Below are positions 9,805 through 18,636 of a stretch of DNA of 64,000 nucleotides, one piece after another. Below the pieces are notes generated by a model. It was not told the origin of the DNA and ran no database searches. It saw only the letters and a program-made list of their open reading frames with translations. The stretch lies in contig CALXPK010000024.1 in assembly GCA_944390265.1 (NCBI GenBank), positions 11,183 through 75,182 on the forward strand, given 5' to 3'. Made by a program: the position numbers and the translations under genes. This stretch comes from an uncultured Alphaproteobacteria bacterium. GTDB lineage: Bacteria; Pseudomonadota; Alphaproteobacteria; RF32; CAG-239. How positions within the stretch are numbered: position 1 is the first letter of the stretch; the number at the start of each line of letters is the position of its first letter.

Positions 9805-9873
9805 TGTTGACTTCTGCTTCCGGCCTTTGTATCTTGCAGCCATAATTGTATTATTAATTTTAAATTTTTATAT

Positions 9874-10134
9874 ATGGAACTTAATGAATTTATTTGGAAA
9901 AGAGCAGAGCAATCTTTTGTCAATGCTTATGATCTCGGTGAAAGTGTTTTACGCGAAAATGTTTTTCTTTCTACGGCAGATAAGGAACGTTTGCATCAGA
10001 TTTTGAAGTTGTGGATTGAGGCATTGGAAAGAATGAGTGAACTTGCCAGTGATGTTGAAATGGCTAGAGATTATCAAACTTATTGGCAGGGTTTGAAAGA
10101 GATTTTGCTCAATTTTGAAAAAAAGTTTTGCTAA
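9874..10134 (+). CDS. Hypothetical small alpha-helical protein (86 aa)
   Basis: Candidate promoter TTGACT-N17-TATCTT at 9808-9836; strong terminator immediately downstream. Confidence 0.5.
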   Translation: MELNEFIWKRAEQSFVNAYDLGESVLRENVFLSTADKERLHQILKLWIEALERMSELASDVEMARDYQTYWQGLKEILLNFEKKFC

Positions 10135-10176
10135 AAAAAAGAACACTCAGGCGATTTTGGATTGAGTGTTTTTTGA
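10134..10176 (+). terminator. Intrinsic terminator
   Basis: aacactcag...ttgagtgtt stem followed by ttttt. Confidence 0.7.
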
Positions 10177-10216
10177 TTTTAAATTATAAAAGCAAAAAAA
10201 ATTTAGGAGAAAAAGC

Positions 10217-10657
10217 ATGACACATTATACGGCACAAGATAAACATGACATGGAAGTGGCTTTTGATGCCAGAAATCCGTCTCGGTTGCAAGAACTGATT
10301 GATTTTTGCAAGATTTCCGGTTTCAAAAAAATCGGGGTGGCCAATTGCAAAGGGGTGCAGGAATATGCCGAAAAATTTGTAAAAAAATTGCAAGATGCCG
10401 GATTTGAGGTTTGTGCCATCAACTGCAAACAAAGTGGTTTGGACGGAGCTGAAATTTGTGAGAAAATGGCCGGTCCGAGTTGCGATCCGATTTCGCAAGC
10501 CAATTTTTTGAACGAATGTCAGACCGATTTTAACATCAATTTCGGTTTGTGTTTGGGACATGGCTTGTTGTTTCAAAAATATTCCAAAGTGCCGGTGACA
10601 ACGTTTTTGGTGAAATCTATGGGCAATAATCATAATATTTTGGAATTGCTTGATTAA
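10217..10657 (+). CDS. Cysteine-rich hypothetical protein (possible metal-binding; DUF1847-like is a guess)
   Basis: RBS taggag 7 nt upstream; 8 Cys in 146 aa. Confidence 0.55.
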   Translation: MTHYTAQDKHDMEVAFDARNPSRLQELIDFCKISGFKKIGVANCKGVQEYAEKFVKKLQDAGFEVCAINCKQSGLDGAEICEKMAGPSCDPISQANFLNECQTDFNINFGLCLGHGLLFQKYSKVPVTTFLVKSMGNNHNILELLD

Positions 10658-10748
10658 TTTTTTGTTTGACAAAAAAAATAATCGGATTAATGTCTTTTCT
10701 TATGCGATTATTTTTTATATATTATTGTTTAACCAAAATTTTTGTCCT

Positions 10749-11189
10749 ATGAAGAAAAGAGAATTGATTGTAGACAATGCCGAAAAAGCATTAAAGTCTA
10801 TGTTGGCTATGTTGGCTGCAAATATGATTGACAATGAGTTGGATAATTGTGAGGCAACCGAGAAAGGGGTTGAGTTGCAAGGAGTTAAATATCCGGTCAA
10901 ATTGGTTTGGTTGGAAAGAGGCGATAATGATTTGGTTGGTTGTCCTTGCTTTGCTTGCAATTTTAACGGAATGTTGCCTACGGGAGCTCATATTAAAGCA
11001 GTGGTTTATGTGAAGGCATTTGCGGCTCGGACTTTTACCATGTGCAAAATGCATATGTTAAAAGATGAAGGTAATGTAAAATGTCGAGAAATTGCTGACG
11101 GAGATTCGTTTGTGATGAACGACAACAGTAAGGGATACGGCGAAGAGACGTATCTTTACAAAAATGGCAAGATTTCTTTTGTGAAATAG
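10749..11189 (+). CDS. Hypothetical protein with CPCFAC and C-X-C zinc-ribbon-like motifs
   Basis: ORF followed by a terminator; the start position is uncertain. Confidence 0.45.
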   Translation: MKKRELIVDNAEKALKSMLAMLAANMIDNELDNCEATEKGVELQGVKYPVKLVWLERGDNDLVGCPCFACNFNGMLPTGAHIKAVVYVKAFAARTFTMCKMHMLKDEGNVKCREIADGDSFVMNDNSKGYGEETYLYKNGKISFVK

Positions 11190-11203
11190 GCTTTTTGATA
11201 GAT

Positions 11204-11238
11204 CTCGATAGATGGAATGTCTATCGGGATTTTTTTTG
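11204..11238 (+). terminator. Intrinsic terminator
   Basis: cgataga-tggaatg-tctatcg followed by ggattttttttt. Confidence 0.6.
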
Positions 11239-11305
11239 TTCAGGCGTTGAAAATAGGGCTTGACTATATGGTATGAATCGCCTATTTTCATAGCTGTCAA
11301 CTGGC

Positions 11306-11382
11306 GGGCCCATAGCTCAGTTGGTTAGAGCAGGCCGCTCATAACGGTCTGGTCGTTGGTTCGAGTCCATCTGGGCCCACCA
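11306..11382 (+). tRNA. tRNA with CAU anticodon, strongly resembling the lysidine-type tRNA-Ile2 (ileX); elongator Met is the alternative
   Basis: Cloverleaf folded by hand: acceptor GGGCCCA/TGGGCCC, D-arm GCTC-AGTTGGTTA-GAGC, anticodon arm GGCCG-CTCATAA-CGGTC, T-arm GTTGG-TTCGAGT-CCATC, ACCA end. Confidence 0.9.
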
Positions 11383-11383
11383 T

Positions 11384-11420
11384 AAAAAAATCCCCTCCCA
11401 AAGCGGAGGGGATTTTTTTA
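11384..11420 (+). terminator. Terminator directly after the tRNA
   Basis: atcccctcc-caaagc-ggaggggat followed by T7. Confidence 0.6.
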
Positions 11421-11619
11421 TGGTGAGAAGAAAGACAGCTCGAACCAACGAGGTCGTCGGGCTCGCAGGAACAAAAAATGTTTGGGAAACATTTTTTGCC
11501 GAGAGCTATAGCAGCGGTTAGGCGGCGACTTGCCGACAGGCAATTAAGCCGGTGTTACCGCTGGCTTGCCCGAAGCGGAGTTGTTGAGCGCTTTAAAAAG
11601 CGCGAAATTTACGAAGCAA

Positions 11620-11696
11620 GAAGAGTCCATCTGGGCCCACCATAAAAAAATCCCCTCCCAAAGCGGAGGGGATTTTTTTTATGGTGAGAAGAAAGA
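11620..11696 (+). repeat. Direct repeat of the tRNA 3' end (gagtccatctgggcccacca) plus terminator plus atggtgagaagaaagaca, a second copy of 11362..11437; att-like duplication
   Basis: About 76-bp near-identical direct repeat bracketing about 182 bp that includes an inverted partial T-arm copy (11441-11460, cgaaccaacgag). Confidence 0.7.
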
Positions 11697-11781
11697 CATT
11701 TTTTTTATGGTGAGAAGAAAGACATTTTTTTTATGGTGAGAAGAAAGACATTTTTTTTATGATGAGAAGAAAGATATTTTT
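11681..11781. repeat. Tandem repeat, 26-bp unit atggtgagaagaaagacatttttttt, 4 copies (last one degenerate)
   Basis: Read directly from the sequence; no unique spacers between units. Confidence 0.8.
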
Positions 11782-11865
11782 GGCGTGAGGGAAAAGATAT
11801 GATTGACAGCAGAACAAAAATGAATTTTACTCATCTGCAGATTTTATTTATGCGGTGGAGATAAT

Positions 11866-13026
11866 ATGAAAAAAATATTTTTGGCTTTGTTTTTCTTATT
11901 GTGCTCGGCAAACGCTGCCTCAGCCATGCAGATTTTTATTTTCACTTTGAACTCAAAACATATCACTCTGGAAGTTGAGCCTACGGATAAAGTGGAAGAT
12001 ATTAAACTGAAAATTTTGGATAAAGAAGGGGTGCCGGTCGATCAACAGCAATTAACTTTTGACGGCAAGGTGTTGAAAGATGGCTATACTTTGCAAGATT
12101 ATAGCATTCAAAAAGATTTTACTCTGAATTTGGTTTTGAAAAGTGAACTTAATATTGAGGCTTATCAGCTCAACTTTAATCCGGTTAATGTTGTCAGACA
12201 GAATACAGATATGTTGTTGAATACCATATCTTCTCGCACCACCGGCGGTATTCAGGCCTCAGCGGGCGGGGAGCAGATAAACCCCAAGGATAATTCATCT
12301 CTTTGGGTGAACAGCTTGACCGGACATTCCGAATATGCGGGAACAAATAGTAATGGTTTGGTCATGGGTTTTGAGAAAAAAACTTCGGCTTTTAAATATG
12401 GTTTGGGATATGGTTATTTGGAAAATGATATTGACGGCTTAAACTATGGTGCAGAAGCCAAAACACATTCCGGTTTTGTTTATGGTGAATATAAGCCTTC
12501 TTCTTGGTATGCTCATGCCATGCTGACCTATTCTCATTCGCGGTTTGAGGAAAATGATTTGAGCAAATATAATTTTCAGGCCGTCAGTTCTCAGATTATG
12601 AGCGGATATGATTTTGGCAATATAACGCCGGAAGCCGGTTTTAGATATATGCATATTTGGAATGATGATTATAGAGATGCAAAAAATGTTTATCTGTTTG
12701 AAAATGACGAAAATTTTTTGACGGGAATTGTCAGTGCCAAAGCGGACAAAGAGATAAAACTTGATAATGGATATCTCCTTGTGCCGCAGATTAAGGTTTC
12801 TGCCTTGTATGACTTGATGCAGGCAAATACTGATACGGGAGTTTTGATTTATGGGAATTATTATCAAATCAATACCGACAAAATTTCAAAATATGGTACG
12901 GAAATCAACCTCGGCGTTGAGCTGGCCAAGCAGAATCTTTGGTCCGCATATCTGGGTTATTACGGCCAGTTGAGAAATAATTATAATATGCATTCTGCGG
13001 TTTTGAATTTTCAATATGATTTTTAA
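11866..13026 (+). CDS. Autotransporter whose passenger is a eukaryote-like ubiquitin domain (signal peptide + Ubl + linker + C-terminal autotransporter beta-barrel)
   Basis: Signal peptide [20 protein letters not shown]; residues 21-92 [72 protein letters not shown], about 46/72 identical to ubiquitin by hand alignment; C-terminal about 250 aa with [13 protein letters not shown]... and terminal NFQYDF typical of autotransporter beta-domains. Confidence 0.85.
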   Translation: MKKIFLALFFLLCSANAASAMQIFIFTLNSKHITLEVEPTDKVEDIKLKILDKEGVPVDQQQLTFDGKVLKDGYTLQDYSIQKDFTLNLVLKSELNIEAYQLNFNPVNVVRQNTDMLLNTISSRTTGGIQASAGGEQINPKDNSSLWVNSLTGHSEYAGTNSNGLVMGFEKKTSAFKYGLGYGYLENDIDGLNYGAEAKTHSGFVYGEYKPSSWYAHAMLTYSHSRFEENDLSKYNFQAVSSQIMSGYDFGNITPEAGFRYMHIWNDDYRDAKNVYLFENDENFLTGIVSAKADKEIKLDNGYLLVPQIKVSALYDLMQANTDTGVLIYGNYYQINTDKISKYGTEINLGVELAKQNLWSAYLGYYGQLRNNYNMHSAVLNFQYDF

Positions 13027-13258
13027 TTGCTTTTGGATTAAATTCAACTTTGATAAATTGGAACATTGTGAAAAGCATCGGAGATTAATTTAAAGTCAAC
13101 AGTTTTCGGAAGAAGTCGGTGTTTATATGATTTGGTGCTTGTGTTTTGCGGCAATAGATATATTTGATGTTTCTAATATTCAATTATAAAAAATAAGTGC
13201 ACAAAAGGCAAAAAAACTATTTTCTTTTATAAAATTTGTGTTATAACGCTGTCGTTAT

Positions 13259-13335
13259 GGGCGTGTAGCTCAGGTGGTTAGAGCGCTACGTTCACATCGT
13301 AGAGGTCACAAGTTCGAGTCTTGTCACGGCTACCA
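13259..13335 (+). tRNA. tRNA-Val (anticodon CAC)
   Basis: Cloverleaf folded by hand: D-arm GCTC-AGGTGGTTA-GAGC, anticodon arm CTACG-TTCACAT-CGTAG, T-arm ACAAG-TTCGAGT-CTTGT, ACCA end; one G-G mismatch at pair 3-70. Confidence 0.85.
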
Positions 13336-13340
13336 ATTTA

Positions 13341-13378
13341 TAAAACGGACTCCAAATTTTCGGAGCCCGTTTTTTTTG
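13341..13378 (+). terminator. Terminator-like hairpin after the tRNA
   Basis: acggactcc...ggagcccgt followed by T8. Confidence 0.5.
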
Positions 13379-13738
13379 AGCCTTTATTCAATGGCGAAAA
13401 ATATACATTTATCGACAGATGTTTAAAGTTTGTAATACATAACTTATTGTTACTTATAATTCTTTGTTTTTTTTAGTGTTTTTTACAAAATAAAAGTTGA
13501 CTTTGTGTTTTGTGTTGCTACTATTGTGGTCAACCATTAACCAAGACTTTTGTATTGTGAATATCATATGTCTGAATGCCTGTTCAAAATGTTACAACTG
13601 ACGGAGTTTGCCTGTGATTGATACCAAAATTGCCGCTTGTTGTCCTTTGTTTTGTTTTGAAACGTGGCAGAATTTATCTCCTACTGCAACTATTTGCAAA
13701 AATTGTCAAAAAATCTTCAGAAGACAAAGGAAAAATCA

Positions 13739-15037
13739 ATGAAAATCGGAATTATCGGAACAGGCTACGTGGGGCTGCCGACCGGTGTCGGTTTGGCCGA
13801 ACTTGGCAACGAGGTGATGTGTATTGACCGAGAACCAACCAAAATCAACGCTTTGAAAGCCGGCAAAATTACTCTCTATGAGGCCGGATTGGAAGACTTG
13901 TTCCACAAAAATGTCAATGAAGGGCGTTTGCATTTTACCACCTCCATGAAAGAGGGTGTGGAAAATGCCGATATAGTGATTATTGCCGTCGGAACCCCGC
14001 CGCATCCGGTGACAAAAGAGGCTGATATGAAATATATTCATGCGGCCGCTACCGAACTGGCCGAATATTTGACCGGATATACCGTGGTGGCCGTGAAATC
14101 GACCGTGCCCGTCGGTACCGGTGATGATGTCGAGGCTCTTATTGCCAAAAAGAATCCGCATGCCGATTTTGATGTGATTTCTTTGCCTGAGTTTTTGCGC
14201 GAAGGTTTTGCCGTGCATGACTTTTATCATCCCGACAGGGTTGTGGTCGGTGCCGATAGCCCCAAAGCCAGACAACTTATTCAGAAATTGTATCAGCCGT
14301 TTGAAGGTCAGACTTCCGTTTTGTTTGTTAAACGTCGTTCCAGCGAAACCATTAAATATGCCTCCAATGCCTTTTTGGCGATGAAAATTCATTATATCAA
14401 CGAAATGGCTGATTTTTGCGAAAAAACCGGCGCCGATATTTATGAAGTGGCCAAAGGAATGGGCTTGGACAGCCGAATCGGGCCAAAATTTTTGAATCCG
14501 GGGCCGGGGTATGGCGGTAGTTGTTTTCCCAAAGATACTATGGCGATGTCTTATATGGCTCGGCAAAACGGCGTTAATATGACGCTGATTAATGCCGCTA
14601 TTGAAGGGAATCGGAACCGCAAAAAACAGATGGCAAAACGGATTTTGGATGCGGCTAAAGGAATTGAAAAACCGCGAATCGGCGTTTTGGGTTTGGCTTT
14701 CAAAAACGGAACCGATGATTGTCGGGAGAGTCCGGCCATTGAAATCGTGAGTGAGCTGATTAATCACGGGGCTTTGGTGACGGCTTATGACCCCAAAGCC
14801 ATGAATACGGCGCAAAAACTGCTCGGAGATAAGATAAGCTATGCTTCGGATATGTATCAAGCACTTGAAAAAGCCGACGTCTTGGCTGTTTTGACCGAAT
14901 GGGATGAGTTCAGAACTTTGGATTTGACCAAAGCGGCGCAGGTTATGAATCATAAAAATATTGTAGATTGCCGAAATTTGATTTGTCCCGATGAGGCCAA
15001 AAAATCAGGCTTTGCATATGAGGGAATCGGTCGATGA
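13739..15037 (+). CDS. ugd: UDP-glucose 6-dehydrogenase (nucleotide-sugar dehydrogenase family)
   Basis: RBS aaagga 7 nt upstream; MKIGIIGTGYVGLPTG Rossmann motif; GYGGSCFPKD active site. Confidence 0.9.
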   Translation: MKIGIIGTGYVGLPTGVGLAELGNEVMCIDREPTKINALKAGKITLYEAGLEDLFHKNVNEGRLHFTTSMKEGVENADIVIIAVGTPPHPVTKEADMKYIHAAATELAEYLTGYTVVAVKSTVPVGTGDDVEALIAKKNPHADFDVISLPEFLREGFAVHDFYHPDRVVVGADSPKARQLIQKLYQPFEGQTSVLFVKRRSSETIKYASNAFLAMKIHYINEMADFCEKTGADIYEVAKGMGLDSRIGPKFLNPGPGYGGSCFPKDTMAMSYMARQNGVNMTLINAAIEGNRNRKKQMAKRILDAAKGIEKPRIGVLGLAFKNGTDDCRESPAIEIVSELINHGALVTAYDPKAMNTAQKLLGDKISYASDMYQALEKADVLAVLTEWDEFRTLDLTKAAQVMNHKNIVDCRNLICPDEAKKSGFAYEGIGR

Positions 15038-15897
15038 ACAAAAAAATTGTTTATACTTGCATTTGCGGCGATTATGATAGCTTGGTCAAACAAAAATATG
15101 TGGCCGAAGATTATACTTATGTTTGTTTTACCGATAATCCGGATTATTTGAAAAAAGGTAGGGTTTTCAACTGGATTATTCGGCCGCTGGTTTTTGACAA
15201 ACTTGATGCTACCCACAACAATCGGTGGCACAAACTGCATCCGCATCTCTTGTTTCCCGACTGCGAAATCAGCATTTATATTGATGCCAATATCAATATT
15301 CTTTCACCTTATCTTTTTGAAAAAATTGAGGCCACCGATAAAGATTTGCTTATCCATAAACATTATGACCGAGATTGCGTTTTTGATGAAGCGCAAAAGA
15401 TTAAAAGTTTGCACAAAGACAGTGATGAAAATATTGATAAGATGCTGGCCTTTTTGGAGCAAGAGAAAATGCCCAGACATTACGGCCTGACCGAAAATAA
15501 TGTTTTGTGTCGCAAAAATACGCCGCTGTGCCGCAAAATTATGGAAGAATGGTGGTATTTTGTTCTCAACTATACCAAACGTGACCAAATGTCTTTGATG
15601 TATGTGTTGTGGAAAAACGGTCTCAAAGCTACCGATGTTTATTGGGAAGGCGACCGCAAAAATATTTATCGCTCCCAAAATCATGTAACTTATATTCCCA
15701 ATAATATGAAAATTTTCAACTTCGTGAAGCAAAAAGAATATGATATTTTTTATTTGTTGCGGGTTCCGGTTTTTAAAATTCGCAATAAGCCAAACAAAAA
15801 ATATGTATATCTTTTGGGTGTGAAAGTTTTATCCATTTCACCAAAGAAGGTTATGTTGTTTGGCATGATTCCACTCTATTATAAAATATTCAAATGA
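15034..15897 (+). CDS. DUF616-type (TOD1/MUCI70-like) glycosyltransferase
   Basis: 4-nt overlap with ugd; family call based on my recollection of the DUF616 architecture. Confidence 0.65.
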   Translation: MNKKIVYTCICGDYDSLVKQKYVAEDYTYVCFTDNPDYLKKGRVFNWIIRPLVFDKLDATHNNRWHKLHPHLLFPDCEISIYIDANINILSPYLFEKIEATDKDLLIHKHYDRDCVFDEAQKIKSLHKDSDENIDKMLAFLEQEKMPRHYGLTENNVLCRKNTPLCRKIMEEWWYFVLNYTKRDQMSLMYVLWKNGLKATDVYWEGDRKNIYRSQNHVTYIPNNMKIFNFVKQKEYDIFYLLRVPVFKIRNKPNKKYVYLLGVKVLSISPKKVMLFGMIPLYYKIFK

Positions 15898-15907
15898 GGA
15901 AAAGACA

Positions 15908-16852
15908 ATGAAAGCATTGATAACAGGCGGCGCCGGTTTTATCGGTTCAACCCTTGCGGATAAACTTTTGGCCGAAGGTCACGAGGTGATTGTTGTTGAT
16001 AACTTCAGCGACTATTATGATGTGAAACTCAAATGGCAAAATGTGGCGGCCAATATGAATAATCCGCATTATAAACTTTATGTGACCGATATTGAAAATA
16101 AGACGGCGTTGCGCAAGGTTTTTGAAGAAAACAACATAGATTGCGTTGTCCATTTTGCCGGAAGAGCCGGGGTCAGACCTTCTATTGAAATGCCGGAAGA
16201 ATATGTGAAGGCAAATATTTTGGGGGCGGTTCATGTTTTTGAACTGATGAAAGATTTTGGGGTGAAAAAAATTGTTTTTGCCTCTTCTTCTTCCGTTTAC
16301 GGAAATTGCAAGGCAGAAAAATTTTCCGAAGATTTAAATGTGCGTGAGCCCATTTCTCAATATGCGGCCAGCAAATCGGCCGATGAGCAATTTGCCTATA
16401 CTTATTCAAAATTGTATGGAATCAACGTTGTTTGTTTGCGCTTTTTTACGGTATACGGCCCGCGTCAGAGACCGGATTTGGCCATTAGAAAATTTATTGA
16501 ACTGATTGAACAGGACAAGCCTATCCAGATGTATGGCGATGGCAGCAGTATGCGCGATTATACCTATGTGGATGATATTGTGGCCGGTGTTCGTGCCGCT
16601 ATGGATTATGACAAAACGGCTTATGAAATTATTAATATCGGGGGAAGCTCTCCGGTGACTTTGCGCCAAATGATTGCCACGATTGAAAAAGTTTTGGGTA
16701 AAAAAGCCAAAATTGAACAACTCCCGATGCAAAAAGGCGATGTTGACAAAACCGTTTCCGACATATCCAAAGCCGCCAGACTTTTGGGTTATGCCCCACA
16801 AACCAGTTTTGAAGAAGGTATACAAAAGTTTGTTAAATGGAGAAAGCAATGA
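15908..16852 (+). CDS. NAD-dependent nucleotide-sugar epimerase, probably UDP-glucuronate 4-epimerase
   Basis: MKALITGGAGFIGSTL motif; YAASK catalytic pair; follows ugd. Confidence 0.85.
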   Translation: MKALITGGAGFIGSTLADKLLAEGHEVIVVDNFSDYYDVKLKWQNVAANMNNPHYKLYVTDIENKTALRKVFEENNIDCVVHFAGRAGVRPSIEMPEEYVKANILGAVHVFELMKDFGVKKIVFASSSSVYGNCKAEKFSEDLNVREPISQYAASKSADEQFAYTYSKLYGINVVCLRFFTVYGPRQRPDLAIRKFIELIEQDKPIQMYGDGSSMRDYTYVDDIVAGVRAAMDYDKTAYEIINIGGSSPVTLRQMIATIEKVLGKKAKIEQLPMQKGDVDKTVSDISKAARLLGYAPQTSFEEGIQKFVKWRKQ

Positions 16853-17922
16853 GCTTTTTTCAAAAAATAAGATATCCTAACGGGAAAAGAAAAGTCTTAT
16901 TCTTGGGTAAGAAAATTTTTTCTTATAGGGTCAAAAAAAATGAAAATGCAAAAGTTTTTTTACCTGATAGTTGCTTTGAAAAAAACGATATTTCCGCGGA
17001 ATCAATAAAGGTGGTTTATAAGCCTTTTATTAGTTTAAGTTTAGTTCCTGATTTTATTGCAAATAAAGATATTTATTATAATGAAGATAAACCCAATTTA
17101 TTAGCTAATTTGGACTCAGAATCCTATCGTACAATAATGACGGTATTAAATAAATATGAATATTTGTCCAATGGAGGAAGTAAAGATTTATTAGAAACAT
17201 CGGCGCAAATTCGATATAATAATACAGTTGTTAAGTCGTTTCTAAATAGCATTGAAAAACAAAAAGATGGAACTTATAAGTATAAAGATTTTATCTTGCC
17301 CGAAAATCATTTTGAAACTTCGGTTTTTTTAGATGAACATGGTTTGAATAAAATAAACAAAAAGTTTGTAAATGGTATAATTATTGACGTTGGTAGTTAT
17401 ATTGGTGATTCTATTCTAATTTTTAGAAAACATTTTCCGGATAATCAGATTATTGGTTTTGAAGCAACGACATGTAATTATGAGATGGCTTTGCAAACTC
17501 TAAAGTTAAATAATCTTAAAAATGTTCTGGTAGAAAATTTAGCACTTGGAGATAAAGAAGGAAGTTTAACTTTATCAACCGATCAAGGAAGCGGTAATAG
17601 TTGGGAATTTTCGTATTTATCTGAAAAAGTTGAACATTGTAAAATGGAGACATTTGATAATTATGTTAAAAAGCACAAGATAAAAAAAGTTGGTTTGATA
17701 AAAGTTGATATTGAAGGTGCGGAACAACTTTTTATTCGAGGGGCATTAGAAACAATTAAACGAGATAAGCCCATTATATTGATGAGTATTTATCATAATT
17801 ATGATGATTTGATGCATATTAAACCTTTTTTTGAAAAATTGAATCTTGGCTATACATTCAAAATTCACAAGCCGATAGATACTATTTTTAATGAAATATT
17901 GCTTATATGCCTACCTTTATAA
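16849..17922 (+). CDS. FkbM-family SAM-dependent methyltransferase with an N-terminal extension that begins with a shared leader motif
   Basis: GIIIDVGSYIGDS methyltransferase motif I; N-terminus MSFFQKIRYPNGKRKVLFLGKKIFSY aligns with the N-terminus of 21367..23853; very AT-rich. Confidence 0.8.
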   Translation: MSFFQKIRYPNGKRKVLFLGKKIFSYRVKKNENAKVFLPDSCFEKNDISAESIKVVYKPFISLSLVPDFIANKDIYYNEDKPNLLANLDSESYRTIMTVLNKYEYLSNGGSKDLLETSAQIRYNNTVVKSFLNSIEKQKDGTYKYKDFILPENHFETSVFLDEHGLNKINKKFVNGIIIDVGSYIGDSILIFRKHFPDNQIIGFEATTCNYEMALQTLKLNNLKNVLVENLALGDKEGSLTLSTDQGSGNSWEFSYLSEKVEHCKMETFDNYVKKHKIKKVGLIKVDIEGAEQLFIRGALETIKRDKPIILMSIYHNYDDLMHIKPFFEKLNLGYTFKIHKPIDTIFNEILLICLPL

Positions 17923-17940
17923 ATGCTAAAAAAATTTTAA

Positions 17941-18636
17941 TTGGAAAAGTTGATGAAAAAAATTTTTGTTGAGACAGATTTTGCAAAATTGGATGTTGCT
18001 CGAAAACAACGAACCGGTTTTCCTGAGACGGTTTTTTGTTTGGGAAAGAGTAAAGAGCAAGTTGCTGATATCTTGCAGAATTTTGCATCGGTCGGGCAAA
18101 ATGTTTTGGGAACAAAATGTTCTCCTGAACAATTTGATTTTGCTTTGAAAAAAGGCTTGCCGGTTAAATATGATTCTTTATCACGAGTGATAAGCCTCGG
18201 GCAAAAAGAGACTAATCCTTTTAGGGGAAACATTGCCGTGTGCTGTGCAGGTACATCTGATTTGCCGATTTTGGAAGAAGCTGCTCAAGTTGCCGAATTT
18301 TTTGGAGCTGTTGTTGAAAGGTATGTTGATATCGGTGTTGCCGGAATCCAGCGTTTGTTTGCACAAATTGATAATATTCAAAAGGCTGACGTTGTTATTG
18401 CCGTGGCCGGAATGGAAGGGGCTTTGGCCAGCGTGTTGGCCGGTTTGGTCAGAACTCCGGTGATTGCCGTTCCGACATCGGTGGGATATGGCGCCTCTTT
18501 TCATGGTTTGGCGGCCATGCTTGCCATGCTTAATTCATGTGCCGAAGGCGTGTCGGTTGTTAATATTGATAATGGGTTTGGCGCTGCGGTTCAGGCTTGT
18601 CGAATCTTAGCACTAAAAGGAAGGATGAATGACTAA
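17941..18636 (+). CDS. larB: LarB, nickel-pincer nucleotide biosynthesis carboxylase/hydrolase (PurE-like)
   Basis: AVAGMEGALASVLAGLVRTPVIAVPTSVGYGASFHGLAAMLAMLNSCAEGVSVVNIDNGFGAA matches the LarB/PurE-like core. Confidence 0.85.
   Translation: MEKLMKKIFVETDFAKLDVARKQRTGFPETVFCLGKSKEQVADILQNFASVGQNVLGTKCSPEQFDFALKKGLPVKYDSLSRVISLGQKETNPFRGNIAVCCAGTSDLPILEEAAQVAEFFGAVVERYVDIGVAGIQRLFAQIDNIQKADVVIAVAGMEGALASVLAGLVRTPVIAVPTSVGYGASFHGLAAMLAMLNSCAEGVSVVNIDNGFGAAVQACRILALKGRMND

Noticed and set aside
11681-11781. Possible CRISPR array (regular 26-bp repeats)
   Set aside because: The units are directly tandem with no unique spacers, are T-rich, and sit next to a tRNA att-like duplication; this is not a CRISPR array
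14511-14518. GGCGGTAG, identical to the ops/JUMPstart core, inside the glycan locus
   Set aside because: It lies inside the ugd coding sequence and simply encodes the conserved GYGGSC active-site peptide, so it is not an upstream regulatory element
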